The notes below the pieces were generated by a model. The model saw nothing but the letters and a program-made list of their open reading frames with translations, was not told the origin of the DNA and searched no databases. A program made the position numbers and the translations under genes. A stretch of DNA of 64,000 nucleotides from Bacteroidales bacterium (lineage in GTDB: Bacteria > Bacteroidota > Bacteroidia > Bacteroidales > UBA932), in the NCBI GenBank assembly GCA_017560825.1, contig JAFZED010000007.1:6284-70283 (forward strand), given 5' to 3'. Shown here piece after piece: positions 27,961 through 37,608 of the stretch. Numbering within the stretch: position 1 is the first letter of the stretch; each line of letters opens with the position of its first letter.

Positions 27961-28677
27961 ATGATTTATCGTGAACTTACAGCTGGCGAGTTCAATGACC
28001 TCGCCTCCAGAATACTTTTCGAAGACAATCATCTTCTTATAGTGAACAAGAAGGTGGGAGAGATTGTCCAGGGAGACAAGACCTCGGACGAACCGCTTAC
28101 CGAGACCTACAAGGCTTTCATTGCTCAGCGTGATGCCAAGCCCGGACAGGTCTTTATGGGCCTGCCTCATCGTCTGGACCGTCCTGTCAGCGGCATAGTG
28201 GTCCTTGCCAAGACTTCAAAGGCCCTCGAACGCCTGAATGCAATGTTCCGTGACTCAGACGTCCACAAGTACTACTGGGCCCTTGTGTGCGCTGAACCTC
28301 AGCCGGCAGAAGGACATTTGGAGGATATGATGTGGCGCAACGAGAAGCAGAACAAATCATATATATGCCGCCCGGGAGCAGCACGCAAGGACGCAAAGCT
28401 TGCCAAGCTCAATTACAGGCAGATCGGCAGGACTGACAGGTACTGGCTGGTCGAAGTGGAGCTCCTGACAGGACGCCACCACCAGATCCGCTGCCAGCTC
28501 TCAAATCTTGGCTGTCCGATCAAGGGCGACCTCAAGTACGGTGCGCCGCGCTCCAATCCTGACGGAGGAATCTCACTCCACGCGCGTAGAATAACCTTTG
28601 TTCATCCGGTAAAGAAGGAGGAAATGACCATCGAGGCACCTGTTCCGACCTCTTGGAAAGGTGTTTCTCAGAAATAG
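27961..28677 (+). CDS. RluA-family RNA pseudouridine synthase
   Basis: ILFEDNHLLIVNK, HRLDRPVSG (catalytic Asp), LLTGRHHQIR, PIKGDLKYG, LHA. Confidence 0.93.
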   Translation: MIYRELTAGEFNDLASRILFEDNHLLIVNKKVGEIVQGDKTSDEPLTETYKAFIAQRDAKPGQVFMGLPHRLDRPVSGIVVLAKTSKALERLNAMFRDSDVHKYYWALVCAEPQPAEGHLEDMMWRNEKQNKSYICRPGAARKDAKLAKLNYRQIGRTDRYWLVEVELLTGRHHQIRCQLSNLGCPIKGDLKYGAPRSNPDGGISLHARRITFVHPVKKEEMTIEAPVPTSWKGVSQK

Positions 28678-28684
28678 CACACAT

Positions 28685-29509
28685 ATGAAAAGAATATTTT
28701 TTGTCCTTTTCGTTCTTGCAGCCGTTGTTTCTTGCAAGAACGAGTCTTTTGTAATCATCCAGATAGCAGATGCACAGCTTGGTTTTGATGCAGCTGTCAA
28801 AGGACAGGCTCCGGGAGCAGAGTACATCAATGACCTCAGCTATGAGGTCGGTTTGCTCCAGAAGGCTGTGGCAGCAGTCAATGATAAGAAGCCGGATGCG
28901 GTGGTCTTCACCGGCGACCAGGTGAATCTTCCTGCAGATGAGGAGCAGTGGGATGCCTTCAATGAGGCCGTCTCGGGCATAGATCCGGCAATCTCAACCC
29001 TCCATATTCCAGGCAACCACGATGTCTTCATATCCGAAGGTAAGGTCGATTCCACACCTTTCACAAGCCGTTACGGAGCCGACAGGTTCGTATATGAGAA
29101 CAAGAAGGTTTGTGCGGTCGGAATAAATTCCAACCTTATAAAATATGACGACCCGCGGGAGGAAGAGCAGTTCGAATGGATGAAGTCGGTGCTCGACCAG
29201 GCGGACGAAGGTGCAGTGAAATTGATATTCTGCCACCATCCGTTCTTCCTCAAGGATATAGAAGAAGAGGACGGTTACTTCCAGATCCAGAAGTCAAAGA
29301 GAAAGAAATATTTCGATATGTTCCTCGAAAAGGGTGTCGATGCTGTGTATGCCGGTCATCTCCACGACAGTTCGGAAGGGGAGTATATGGGGATACCGAT
29401 GAAGACAGCCACCTCTGCGGGCTATCAGCTTGGTGAGGCGGAGCCTTCTTACAGATATATAGTGATCAGAGACGGAGCTGTGGTACAGGATAAGATGCTG
29501 GGATATTGA
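28685..29509 (+). CDS. Calcineurin-like metallophosphoesterase lipoprotein
   Basis: Lipobox VVSC; ADAQLG, TGD, PGNHD, CHHP, GHLH. ATG 28685 preferred over GTG 28661. Confidence 0.85.
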   Translation: MKRIFFVLFVLAAVVSCKNESFVIIQIADAQLGFDAAVKGQAPGAEYINDLSYEVGLLQKAVAAVNDKKPDAVVFTGDQVNLPADEEQWDAFNEAVSGIDPAISTLHIPGNHDVFISEGKVDSTPFTSRYGADRFVYENKKVCAVGINSNLIKYDDPREEEQFEWMKSVLDQADEGAVKLIFCHHPFFLKDIEEEDGYFQIQKSKRKKYFDMFLEKGVDAVYAGHLHDSSEGEYMGIPMKTATSAGYQLGEAEPSYRYIVIRDGAVVQDKMLGY

Positions 29510-29637
29510 TGTAATTTGCGAAATAATAATTTTTAACTATCTTTGCACCCGAAAAATCAACTAGTTAGAATAGTGTATGCGGCAGTGATGCCCAAAAGAG
29601 TTACAATTTTAAACTAAATTTAAACTGATTAATTATT

Positions 29638-29853
29638 ATGGAGATCAACAACATTGGTGCAAACGCAGGCATCGTATGGAATGCCCTCAACGCAAACGGC
29701 AAGCTTACAGAGGCTAAGCTCAAGAAGGAGACAGGTCTTGCAAGCGCAGAGTTCTTCACAGCACTTGGCTGGCTCGCACGCGAGGGTAAAGTTAGTGTAG
29801 AGGTAGAGACTAAGGGTTCAAAGACTTGCGAGTATTACACTCTCAACGCATAA
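29638..29853 (+). CDS. Small winged-helix protein (DUF2582-like)
   Basis: IGANAGIVWNAL...ALGWLAREGKV signature; -7 element TATCTTTG at 29538-29545. Confidence 0.85.
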   Translation: MEINNIGANAGIVWNALNANGKLTEAKLKKETGLASAEFFTALGWLAREGKVSVEVETKGSKTCEYYTLNA

Positions 29854-29872
29854 TTTGAACTTGCCTTACAAG

Positions 29873-29908
29873 AAGAATGGCGGACACTTTCGAGTGCCCG
29901 CCATTCTT
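29873..29908. terminator. Hairpin terminator between convergent genes
   Basis: AAGAATGGCGGACACT-TTCG-AGTGCCCGCCATTCTT. Confidence 0.8.
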
Positions 29909-29927
29909 GTCTATATATCTTCAGGTG

Positions 29928-31307
29928 TTAAATCGTCTTGATCTCCTCCATTACTTCTGCGGCCTTGCTGTAGCCGTCAGCCGGTGCCTTCCACAATGTG
30001 GCAATGACAAGGCAGCCGAGGATTCCGAACATCACAGCTACGAGGAATACGGAGTTCCAGCCGAAGTTGTCTGCGAGGTAACCGAAACCGATACCGGCGA
30101 TTGTGCTGGCTGCGTAACCGAATATGCCAAGGATGCCGTTTGCTGTTGCGCAGGCTCTCTTGGTAGCCTGCTGAGAGGCTGCTACTCCGAGAAGAGCCTG
30201 AGGACCATATACGAAGAATGCTGAGAGGCAGATAAGTACTGCGCTGATGATCCAGTGTGCATTCTGTGGGGTCTTCCAGAAGAGGAAGAAGCAGAGAGTC
30301 GCTCCTATTGTGCAGAGAAGGCAGGTCCTGTGAGCCTTGTTCTGCATAAACTTGTCTGTGAACCAGCCTGCCACGAGGGTTCCGAGCACTCCTCCGATGA
30401 GTTCGGATGAAGCTACGATGTTGGCAGATATGGCAATGTCGAATCCCTTGAACTGTGTAAGGAACGAGGTTCCCCATTCGAGGATGGTGAATCTGATTAC
30501 ATATATACAGAAGTTCGAGAGGGCGAGAATCCAGATGATAGGGTTCTTGAAGACGAGTCTCTTGAGGAAGTGGTTGTACTGCTCGCCTTTAAGCTGAACT
30601 TCTGCGCTTGAAGCTGCACAGCCGTCCTTGTGGTCAAGTTCCTCCACTTCCGGGAGTCCTACCGAAGACGGCGTGTCTCTTAGAGTGAAGAATACCACTA
30701 TTGCTCCTACGAAAGCGATTGCTGCCGGAATAGCGAAGCAGAGGTTCCAGGCTGACATTCCGAAACGTGAAAGAATCCATCCGCAGAGGGCGATCACCAC
30801 ACCTGCTCCGATGGAATGTGAGGCGTTCCAGATAGACTGCTTGGTGGCAAGCTCTGATGGTCTGAACCAGTGTGCCATAAGGCTGGCGCAAGGAGGATAA
30901 CCCATTCCGTGGATATATCCGTTTACAACCCAGAGGGATCCGATAAGGTAGATGAGTCCCATTGTCGCCTTTCCTTCTGCGTCGAGAAGGTTGAACACTC
31001 CGTCAAGCTTCGGACTGAATGCGATGGCGAAGTTTACTGCGGCTGAAAGGATGAGTCCGCCCGCTAGGAGCTTCCTGCGGCTGCAGCGGTCTGCGATGAA
31101 GCCGTTTACGAACCTCGACAGGCCGTAGATTATTCCGTTGAGGGTAATGAATATACCAAGCTGAAGCTTGGTGATTCCGAGTTCCTCCTGCATTGCCGGA
31201 AGTGCGGCGCTGAAGTTCTTGCGGAGGAAGTAATACAATATGTACGCAATCATAAGGACTATGAGGGTCCTCCACTGCCAGTACTTGTACTTTTTAGTCT
31301 GTTCCAT
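29928..31307 (-). CDS. MFS organophosphate:Pi antiporter (GlpT/UhpC family)
   Basis: YYFLRKNF, HGMGYPPC...HWF, WNASHSIG, LRDTPSSVGLP, FVYGPQALLG; about 12 hydrophobic segments. Confidence 0.88.
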   Translation of the reverse strand: MEQTKKYKYWQWRTLIVLMIAYILYYFLRKNFSAALPAMQEELGITKLQLGIFITLNGIIYGLSRFVNGFIADRCSRRKLLAGGLILSAAVNFAIAFSPKLDGVFNLLDAEGKATMGLIYLIGSLWVVNGYIHGMGYPPCASLMAHWFRPSELATKQSIWNASHSIGAGVVIALCGWILSRFGMSAWNLCFAIPAAIAFVGAIVVFFTLRDTPSSVGLPEVEELDHKDGCAASSAEVQLKGEQYNHFLKRLVFKNPIIWILALSNFCIYVIRFTILEWGTSFLTQFKGFDIAISANIVASSELIGGVLGTLVAGWFTDKFMQNKAHRTCLLCTIGATLCFFLFWKTPQNAHWIISAVLICLSAFFVYGPQALLGVAASQQATKRACATANGILGIFGYAASTIAGIGFGYLADNFGWNSVFLVAVMFGILGCLVIATLWKAPADGYSKAAEVMEEIKTI

Positions 31308-31315
31308 CTTATCGG

Positions 31316-31735
31316 TTATTTGGTTTTTTTGATTCTTTTCTGGACAGCAACCATCATCTCGTCTGTCATTGCACTACGTGCTGCGAGTACATCAAGGAAT
31401 GCAGCCAGCAGAGGGAAGAGGATGGTGATGGAAAATGTCATCTCGCCTTTATGAATTAAATAGTCTGTGCCAAGCCAGATCTGGAAACCGATTGCCAGCA
31501 GGGCGGCGATGATGCTTACTCTGGCCTGGAGGAAACGTGTCTTGAAACTTGCTGTGGCTGCGATGTGGGAAGTCGTAAGCATAAGCAGCAGTACAAGATA
31601 CGGCATCTTTTCGTGATAGCGGATGATTGCTTCCTCACCTCCCGGACCTATGATGGAGGCAAAACGGCTGAACAACATCGAAACGATGAGGCCGGTCGAA
31701 ATCAACAGGTAGAGTGTCTGTATTCTTTTCCACAT
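31316..31735 (-). CDS. DUF4293-family membrane protein
   Basis: MWKRIQTLYLL start, FK.R.LQ.R, LA.R....DE near the C-terminus. Confidence 0.75.
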   Translation of the reverse strand: MWKRIQTLYLLISTGLIVSMLFSRFASIIGPGGEEAIIRYHEKMPYLVLLLMLTTSHIAATASFKTRFLQARVSIIAALLAIGFQIWLGTDYLIHKGEMTFSITILFPLLAAFLDVLAARSAMTDEMMVAVQKRIKKTK

Positions 31736-31849
31736 AATTGTGACGTTTTGTTAAGATAAGTCTGCAAAAATAGGAAAATTAAGAGGAAAAAACTATATTT
31801 GAACGATTGTTGCACTTTAATAACGATACATATTAATAAATCGAAAGAT

Positions 31850-32719
31850 ATGAGAATAGCAGAATCTGAACTTATAATCAACGGCGACGGCTCGGTGTTC
31901 CACCTTCACCTCCGCCCGGAAGAACTCGCAGATAATGTCATCCTTGTCGGAGACCCCGGCAGAGTGGATATGATCGCGGAATATTTTGAAGAGAAGGAGT
32001 TCCGTCACGCTTCACGTGAATTTGTTTCAGTGACAGGCAAATATAAAGGTGTGAGAATGACGGCTCTCTCGACCGGAATCGGAACCGACAACATTGACAT
32101 CGTGATGAACGAGCTTGACGCACTCGCAAACATAGACTTTGAAACTCGTGAAGTGAAGCCTGAGCATCGCACGCTGAACATAATCCGTATCGGTACTTCA
32201 GGAGCGATACAGCCTGACATTCCTCTGGGGTCGTTTGTATTCTCGCACATTTCTGTAGGTTGTGACGGCCTTATGAACTGGTATGCAGACCGTGACAGCA
32301 TTTCCCTTCTCGACATAGAGGAGGCATTCAAGAAACATACAGGCTGGAACAAGCATCTTCCTGACCCTTATTTTGTCAGAGCCGGCAAGAAGATGTCAGA
32401 CCTTTTCCGTGACTGTACTTACAAGGGTATGACCATCGCCGCTTCCGGCTTCTACGGCCCTCAGGGACGAGTGCTCCGTATGCCACTTGCAATGCCGGAT
32501 ATGCTTGACACCTTCGAATCATTCCGCTTCGGTGACGAGCGAGTTACAAACTTCGAGATGGAAGGATCCGCAATTGCTGGTATCGCTGCCCATCTGGGAC
32601 ACAATGCCGGTACAGTGTGCTGCATCATAGCCCACAGACATCACAAGGCCAGTAACCCGGACTACAAACCGCAGGTAAGAAAGCTGGTAGAGCTTGTCCT
32701 TGACAAACTTGCAGAATAG
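31850..32719 (+). CDS. Nucleoside phosphorylase (uridine phosphorylase-like)
   Basis: SELIINGDGSVFHLHL, VGDPGRV, STGIGTDNIDI, RIGTSG, GFYGPQGR, NFEME. ATG 31850; -7 element at 31794-31801. Confidence 0.9.
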   Translation: MRIAESELIINGDGSVFHLHLRPEELADNVILVGDPGRVDMIAEYFEEKEFRHASREFVSVTGKYKGVRMTALSTGIGTDNIDIVMNELDALANIDFETREVKPEHRTLNIIRIGTSGAIQPDIPLGSFVFSHISVGCDGLMNWYADRDSISLLDIEEAFKKHTGWNKHLPDPYFVRAGKKMSDLFRDCTYKGMTIAASGFYGPQGRVLRMPLAMPDMLDTFESFRFGDERVTNFEMEGSAIAGIAAHLGHNAGTVCCIIAHRHHKASNPDYKPQVRKLVELVLDKLAE

Positions 32720-32725
32720 ACATTA

Positions 32726-32752
32726 AAAGGCTGGCCACACGGGCCAGCCTTT
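32726..32752. terminator. Bidirectional terminator
   Basis: AAAGGCTGGCC-ACACG-GGCCAGCCTTT between convergent genes. Confidence 0.8.
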
Positions 32753-32759
32753 CATATTT

Positions 32760-33716
32760 TTATTTTCCGTACATATCCTTTCTGGACTGTGGTCCTCCTC
32801 CTTTGTAGACGTCGGGGTCGGAGATCCACGCTTCGATTATCCTTTCCTTCTTCTGCATTACGTTCTTTTCGAGGAAGTCCTTCTGGATGTTGATGGTTGT
32901 TCCCATCGATCCAGCAACTTCGTGGCCGTAGTCTATGAAATGGAACATATTGTAGTTGAATCCGAATTTCTGGAACCTTTTCACAAGCTTGCCGCCTCCG
33001 AAGAAGCCGAGGTTGAACACTTTGATCTGCTCGTAAGGAACCAGGCTGTCGCTTGTTCCGTGAAGCATAAGTGTCGGTGCAGGTCTGTTCTTGTAGTCTA
33101 CTTTTCCTTCCCTTGAAAGGATAGCGCCCGAGAATGACATCACTCCGGCATAGTTGAATCCCTGAGGCAGTACAGACGCCCAGACTGTACGGTTGCTGAT
33201 TTCATATTCAGCCTGCATTACCGAGATTGCGCCGGCAGACGATCCGCTGATCACCAGGTTCTTAGGGTCCACGTTCAGCTGCTCTGCGTTCTCGATGATG
33301 AAGTTGGTGGCACTGAAGAGGTCTTCTACTGCCATATGGATGGCCTTGTCAAGTACGTTGACCTGCGCTATGCCCACTTTATTCGAGCCCTTGAGTCCGA
33401 GTCTGTAATCTATTGAGATGATTCCGTAGCCGTCGTCTGTCATCTGTTTGAACCACTTGTGGTAGCTGGCGTCGTCGCGGGTTCCTCTCAAGAATCCTCC
33501 GCCGAACATAAAGATTATGGTAGGTTTTCTGATCCCTCCGATGCTTGTCTCGCTGCCTTTTGCAGGGTTATATACATCAAGGAACAGATTGCAGGTGTCT
33601 CTCTCTGCATAAATGTAGGTGCCGTCAGGCGAAATGACCTGTGTCTGAGCTTCCGCATTGGTGAAAGCTGACATAGCCAGCAGGCTGGCTGTGATGATCA
33701 GTAATTTCTTAAACAT
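32760..33716 (-). CDS. Exported alpha/beta hydrolase (esterase/lipase)
   Basis: Signal peptide; FGGGF oxyanion motif, DYRL, nucleophile GSSAG, HGTSD..VP, GH. Confidence 0.88.
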   Translation of the reverse strand: MFKKLLIITASLLAMSAFTNAEAQTQVISPDGTYIYAERDTCNLFLDVYNPAKGSETSIGGIRKPTIIFMFGGGFLRGTRDDASYHKWFKQMTDDGYGIISIDYRLGLKGSNKVGIAQVNVLDKAIHMAVEDLFSATNFIIENAEQLNVDPKNLVISGSSAGAISVMQAEYEISNRTVWASVLPQGFNYAGVMSFSGAILSREGKVDYKNRPAPTLMLHGTSDSLVPYEQIKVFNLGFFGGGKLVKRFQKFGFNYNMFHFIDYGHEVAGSMGTTINIQKDFLEKNVMQKKERIIEAWISDPDVYKGGGPQSRKDMYGK

Positions 33717-33727
33717 ATATTCTATGG

Positions 33728-34888
33728 TTATTTTTCTCCTGTAATGAGCTTTTCAGATGGTATCAGTCTCTGGATCGCCTTGATGTGGCCGAAGAACCGG
33801 AATGCTATCACGCGGACTACAGTGTAGCAAGGGATAGCAACGATCATAGCGAGAGGTCCGCCGATGTGTCCTACTATGAGCAGGACAATGAAGATCTCGA
33901 GAGGCTTGGCCTTGATGCTTGTCGAATATATCACAGGCTGATAGAAGAAGTTGTCGATCAGCTGTGTGAAGCAGAAGATGGCTATGAGGATGGCTGTGAA
34001 CAGCCAGAAGTTGACGTCAAGTCCTATAGGGGTGACGCTTGTGTATTTGATTACAAGTCCCAGTACTGTTCCCAATGCACCTCCCATAAGAGGACCCACA
34101 TAAGGGATTATGTTCAGGATGCCTGTAAGGAAGGCTATACCGATTGCAGCATTGAAGCCGAGCCTTGCAATGAACATAAGTCCGATGAAGTTGACGAGTG
34201 CCACTCCGGTGACCTCGATCATCACACCGATAAAGTAGCGTGAAAGCAGGTATCCGATGTCAGAGATGGCCTTTTCTGTGGTCTTTTCGTGTTTGTCCGG
34301 CACCAAGGCGCAGACGATGCTTGTGAACAGGCCGTCATCCTTGATGAAGAAAAAGGATATGAAGACAACCGAAAAGAGGCCTACTCCAAAGCTCGTAAGG
34401 AACGAAGTCGCTGAGCCGATTACGGAAGATATGGTGGATACGTTGAATATATTCTGGAGCTCTTTTACCGCAACTACTTCCAGACGGAAGTCTTCTCCAA
34501 GCTGAGGGAAGGTGTTTCTGAGAAATTCATTCAGATTTGCAAGAGGTACTGCTATGCTGCCTGCCGAACTTTCCAGAGTGCTTATGGAGATGCCCTTGAG
34601 GATTCCGCTCACGATAGGGAAGAGCATAGTCACGACGCTGATGATGATGGTCATAGTGACCAGCAGCGTTAGTGCCGCCAGCATCCAGTCAGGGGCCTTT
34701 CTTCCTTTGATTTTCAATTTTTTCAGAAGGCCCATCACCGGCTTGCCGATGAGTGACACCACAACAGCTATCAGTACATATATAAGTACGTTCCTGAAGT
34801 ACCAGCACAGGCCGGCAATTATTGCTGCGCCTGCAGCCATAATTATATATTTGGCCAGTTTGTCGGTATATCTTTCGTTCTGTTCCAT
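33728..34888 (-). CDS. AI-2E family (PerM-like) transporter
   Basis: FFFIKD, LSRYFIG, LNIIPYVGP, QLIDNFFYQP.I, PLEIF. Confidence 0.88.
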   Translation of the reverse strand: MEQNERYTDKLAKYIIMAAGAAIIAGLCWYFRNVLIYVLIAVVVSLIGKPVMGLLKKLKIKGRKAPDWMLAALTLLVTMTIIISVVTMLFPIVSGILKGISISTLESSAGSIAVPLANLNEFLRNTFPQLGEDFRLEVVAVKELQNIFNVSTISSVIGSATSFLTSFGVGLFSVVFISFFFIKDDGLFTSIVCALVPDKHEKTTEKAISDIGYLLSRYFIGVMIEVTGVALVNFIGLMFIARLGFNAAIGIAFLTGILNIIPYVGPLMGGALGTVLGLVIKYTSVTPIGLDVNFWLFTAILIAIFCFTQLIDNFFYQPVIYSTSIKAKPLEIFIVLLIVGHIGGPLAMIVAIPCYTVVRVIAFRFFGHIKAIQRLIPSEKLITGEK

Positions 34889-35034
34889 ATAAATCCGTTT
34901 AATGTCGATGCACCTACAAATATAGTGAAAGCTTTCATTTTTTTGCGGCTTTGTGTTGCTTGTGCTTTATCTTGGCACAATGCGGGTGTACCTTTGCATC
35001 AACAAAACAACAGAACACTTTAAAAGACACGGTT

Positions 35035-35157
35035 ATGAATACAGAAAACACCCTCGCTTTCATAGGCTCAATGATCTCATCAGAAGCTTCTTACAGAACA
35101 TTGGTCGATATGATCAACGAAATGGATCTTGAACTTATGGACATCAGCCTTGTCTAG
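35035..35157 (+). CDS. Putative 40-aa small acidic protein
   Basis: MNTENTLAFIGSMISSEASYRTLVDMINEMDLELMDISLV; own -7 element TACCTTTG (34989-34996) and A-rich leader. Confidence 0.5.
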   Translation: MNTENTLAFIGSMISSEASYRTLVDMINEMDLELMDISLV

Positions 35158-37496
35158 CGCCACTGAACCTTGGTAGATTCCTTGTCTTCAGACAGGCTGA
35201 CGCTGATCTTAGTGTGTTCGGATGCCTTTTTACCTGAAAGCATCCTCTCGGCGATAATGTGCTCAGAAACAGGATCTTCGATGTATCTCTGAACAGCCCT
35301 CTTGAGCGGTCTTGCTCCGTAGCTCGGATCATAGCCCGCCTCTGCAACGAACCTCTTGGCTGTTGCTGTGACTGTGAGTTCGAATCCGGCTTCCTTGACG
35401 CGTTTCTTCAGACCCTTGAGCTCGATGTCGATGATCTTCGCCAGGTCATCCTTGGTCAGAGGATTGAAGAACACCTGCTCGTCGACACGATTGATGAATT
35501 CCGGTGGGAATGCTTTCTTCACTGCCTTCTCCAGGACGGTCTTCCTGTTGTTGCGGACATTCTGGCCTGAAGTGCTGAAGCCCATTCCGTTACCATACTC
35601 CTCAAGCTCGCGGCTGCCGACATTTGATGTCATTATGACTATTGTGTTCCTGAAGCTGACTGTCCTGCCTGTGCTGTCGGTAAGTCGTCCTTCATCAAGA
35701 ACCTGAAGAAGCAGGTTGAACACGTCCGGATGTGCTTTTTCTACCTCGTCAAGAAGCACGACGCAGTAAGGTTTCCTCCTTACCCTTTCGCTGAGCTGTC
35801 CGCCTTCCTCGAATCCGACATATCCCGGAGGCGCTCCGATGAGTCGGGACACATTGAACTTCTCCATATATTCGCTCATATCCAGGCGTATCATATTCTC
35901 TTCCGAGTCGAAAAGGTACTCGGCGAGCGACTTGGCCAGCTGCGTCTTTCCTACTCCTGTGGGACCGAAGAACAGGAAGGTTCCGATAGGTTTGTTCGGG
36001 TCCTTGATGCCGGCCCTGTTGCGTCTGATGGCACGTACGACCTTGTCGACCGCCTCCTCCTGGCCTATGATTCTGCGGCTGAGCATATCCTTCATTTTCA
36101 GAAGCTTGCTTCCTTCGCCTTCCGCGATTCTTCCTGAAGGGATGCCTGTCATCTTGGATATGATTTCAGCCACATCTTCAGCTGTCACGCGGCCTGTGCC
36201 CTTCGGGTTCTTCAGTCTTACCATAGAACCTGTCTCGTCCATCGCATCGATGGCCTTGTCCGGAAGACAACGGTCTGTTATGTATCTGTCTGACATCTTC
36301 ACGCACGCTTCTATAGCTTCGTCCGTGTAGATGACATTGTGGTGCTTTTCGTAATTGGTCTTCAGACGGTCAAGGATAGAGATGGAGTGCGCTATGTCTG
36401 TGTGTTCCACAGTGATTTTCTGGAACCTTCTGTCAAGGGCTCCGTCCTTCTCCACGATCTTCCTGAACTCGTCCATAGTGGTCGCTCCGATGCACTGGAT
36501 CTCTCCTCTTGCAAGCGCTGGCTTGAGCATATTGGCCGCGTCGAGACTTCCGGATGCTCCTCCTGCTCCGACTATGGTGTGGAACTCGTCGATGAACAGT
36601 ATCACATTAGGGTCATCAGCTGCAGCCTTGATGATAGTCTTGAGCCTCTTTTCGAAGTCTCCGCGGTACTTGGTGCCAGCTACAATGGAGCCTAAATCCA
36701 AGGAAATCAATCTCTTGTCTGCGAGTGCCGACGGGATCTGACCTGTTGCTATCTTTATCGCGATTCCCTCTACGATGGCTGACTTTCCGACTCCCGGGTC
36801 GCCCACAAGCATAGGGTTGTTCTTCCTTCTCCTGCCCAGGATCTGGATCACTCTCTGGATCTCGTCCTCGCGTCCGACCAGCGGGTCAAGCTTTCCTTCG
36901 CGGGCTGCCTGAGTGATGTCGTAGCCGAACTCTTCAAGAGGCGGCTGTGCCGGTTCCTCCTTGGTATTTTCGTCGGCAGCTACAGCCCTTATCCTTATGC
37001 GCGGAGTCTCTTCGTTCTCCTTTTCCGGTGTCTCTTCCTCCTGCGTTCCCCTGTCCAGCATATCACATCTGTCGAGGTACCTGAATATGTTGCCGTACTC
37101 CAGGCCTGTGTCCTTCAGATATGTGCTTCCATAGGACCCGCCAGCCCTTGTGAGGGCGAGCAGCAGATGTTGCGACGAAGCTTGCCTGCTGTGCACCTTT
37201 GCAGCCTCAAGCAGAGTGAAGCTGAGCACGTTCTGGGCACCTCTGGAGAAGCTCACGTTGTCGATCTCTGAGTAGGGGATGTGCTCGTTTGTAAATATGT
37301 GATTGTCAATGAACTGCTTCATTTCGTCCAGGTCTGTGGCGAGGCCTCTGAGCGCGTCTGCCGCCGTGTTCTCCCTATGACGGATGATGCCGAGAAAAAG
37401 GTGGTCGGGAGCGATTCCGTAGCTGCCTGTCCTCATCGCTTCTTCTCTGGAAAAATTTATGATTGAGTTCAGTTCATCTGATATGCTGATGTCCAT
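35154..37496 (-). CDS. clpC: ATP-dependent Clp protease ATP-binding subunit (ClpC-type, lacking the M-domain)
   Basis: Clp N-domain; Walker A GDPGVGKS and GPTGVGKT; pore loops KYRG and GYVG; ClpP-docking MGF; YGARPLKR; divergent from gyrA. Confidence 0.9.
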   Translation of the reverse strand: MDISISDELNSIINFSREEAMRTGSYGIAPDHLFLGIIRHRENTAADALRGLATDLDEMKQFIDNHIFTNEHIPYSEIDNVSFSRGAQNVLSFTLLEAAKVHSRQASSQHLLLALTRAGGSYGSTYLKDTGLEYGNIFRYLDRCDMLDRGTQEEETPEKENEETPRIRIRAVAADENTKEEPAQPPLEEFGYDITQAAREGKLDPLVGREDEIQRVIQILGRRRKNNPMLVGDPGVGKSAIVEGIAIKIATGQIPSALADKRLISLDLGSIVAGTKYRGDFEKRLKTIIKAAADDPNVILFIDEFHTIVGAGGASGSLDAANMLKPALARGEIQCIGATTMDEFRKIVEKDGALDRRFQKITVEHTDIAHSISILDRLKTNYEKHHNVIYTDEAIEACVKMSDRYITDRCLPDKAIDAMDETGSMVRLKNPKGTGRVTAEDVAEIISKMTGIPSGRIAEGEGSKLLKMKDMLSRRIIGQEEAVDKVVRAIRRNRAGIKDPNKPIGTFLFFGPTGVGKTQLAKSLAEYLFDSEENMIRLDMSEYMEKFNVSRLIGAPPGYVGFEEGGQLSERVRRKPYCVVLLDEVEKAHPDVFNLLLQVLDEGRLTDSTGRTVSFRNTIVIMTSNVGSRELEEYGNGMGFSTSGQNVRNNRKTVLEKAVKKAFPPEFINRVDEQVFFNPLTKDDLAKIIDIELKGLKKRVKEAGFELTVTATAKRFVAEAGYDPSYGARPLKRAVQRYIEDPVSEHIIAERMLSGKKASEHTKISVSLSEDKESTKVQWR

Positions 37497-37608
37497 AGGA
37501 TAAAAATCGTGTCTGGTTGTTAGAAATTCGACTTTGATTGCACAAAATTACTAAAATTTTCGTAACTTTGCCAAGATGTAAATTAAGATTAAGACTTAGA
37601 ACAGAAAT

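Noticed and set aside
37497-37608. Weak matches to the TGACA-N3-TGTCA and sigma54-like motifs upstream of clpC
   Set aside because: Two or more mismatches and overlap with ordinary -7 elements of clpC and gyrA; not counted.
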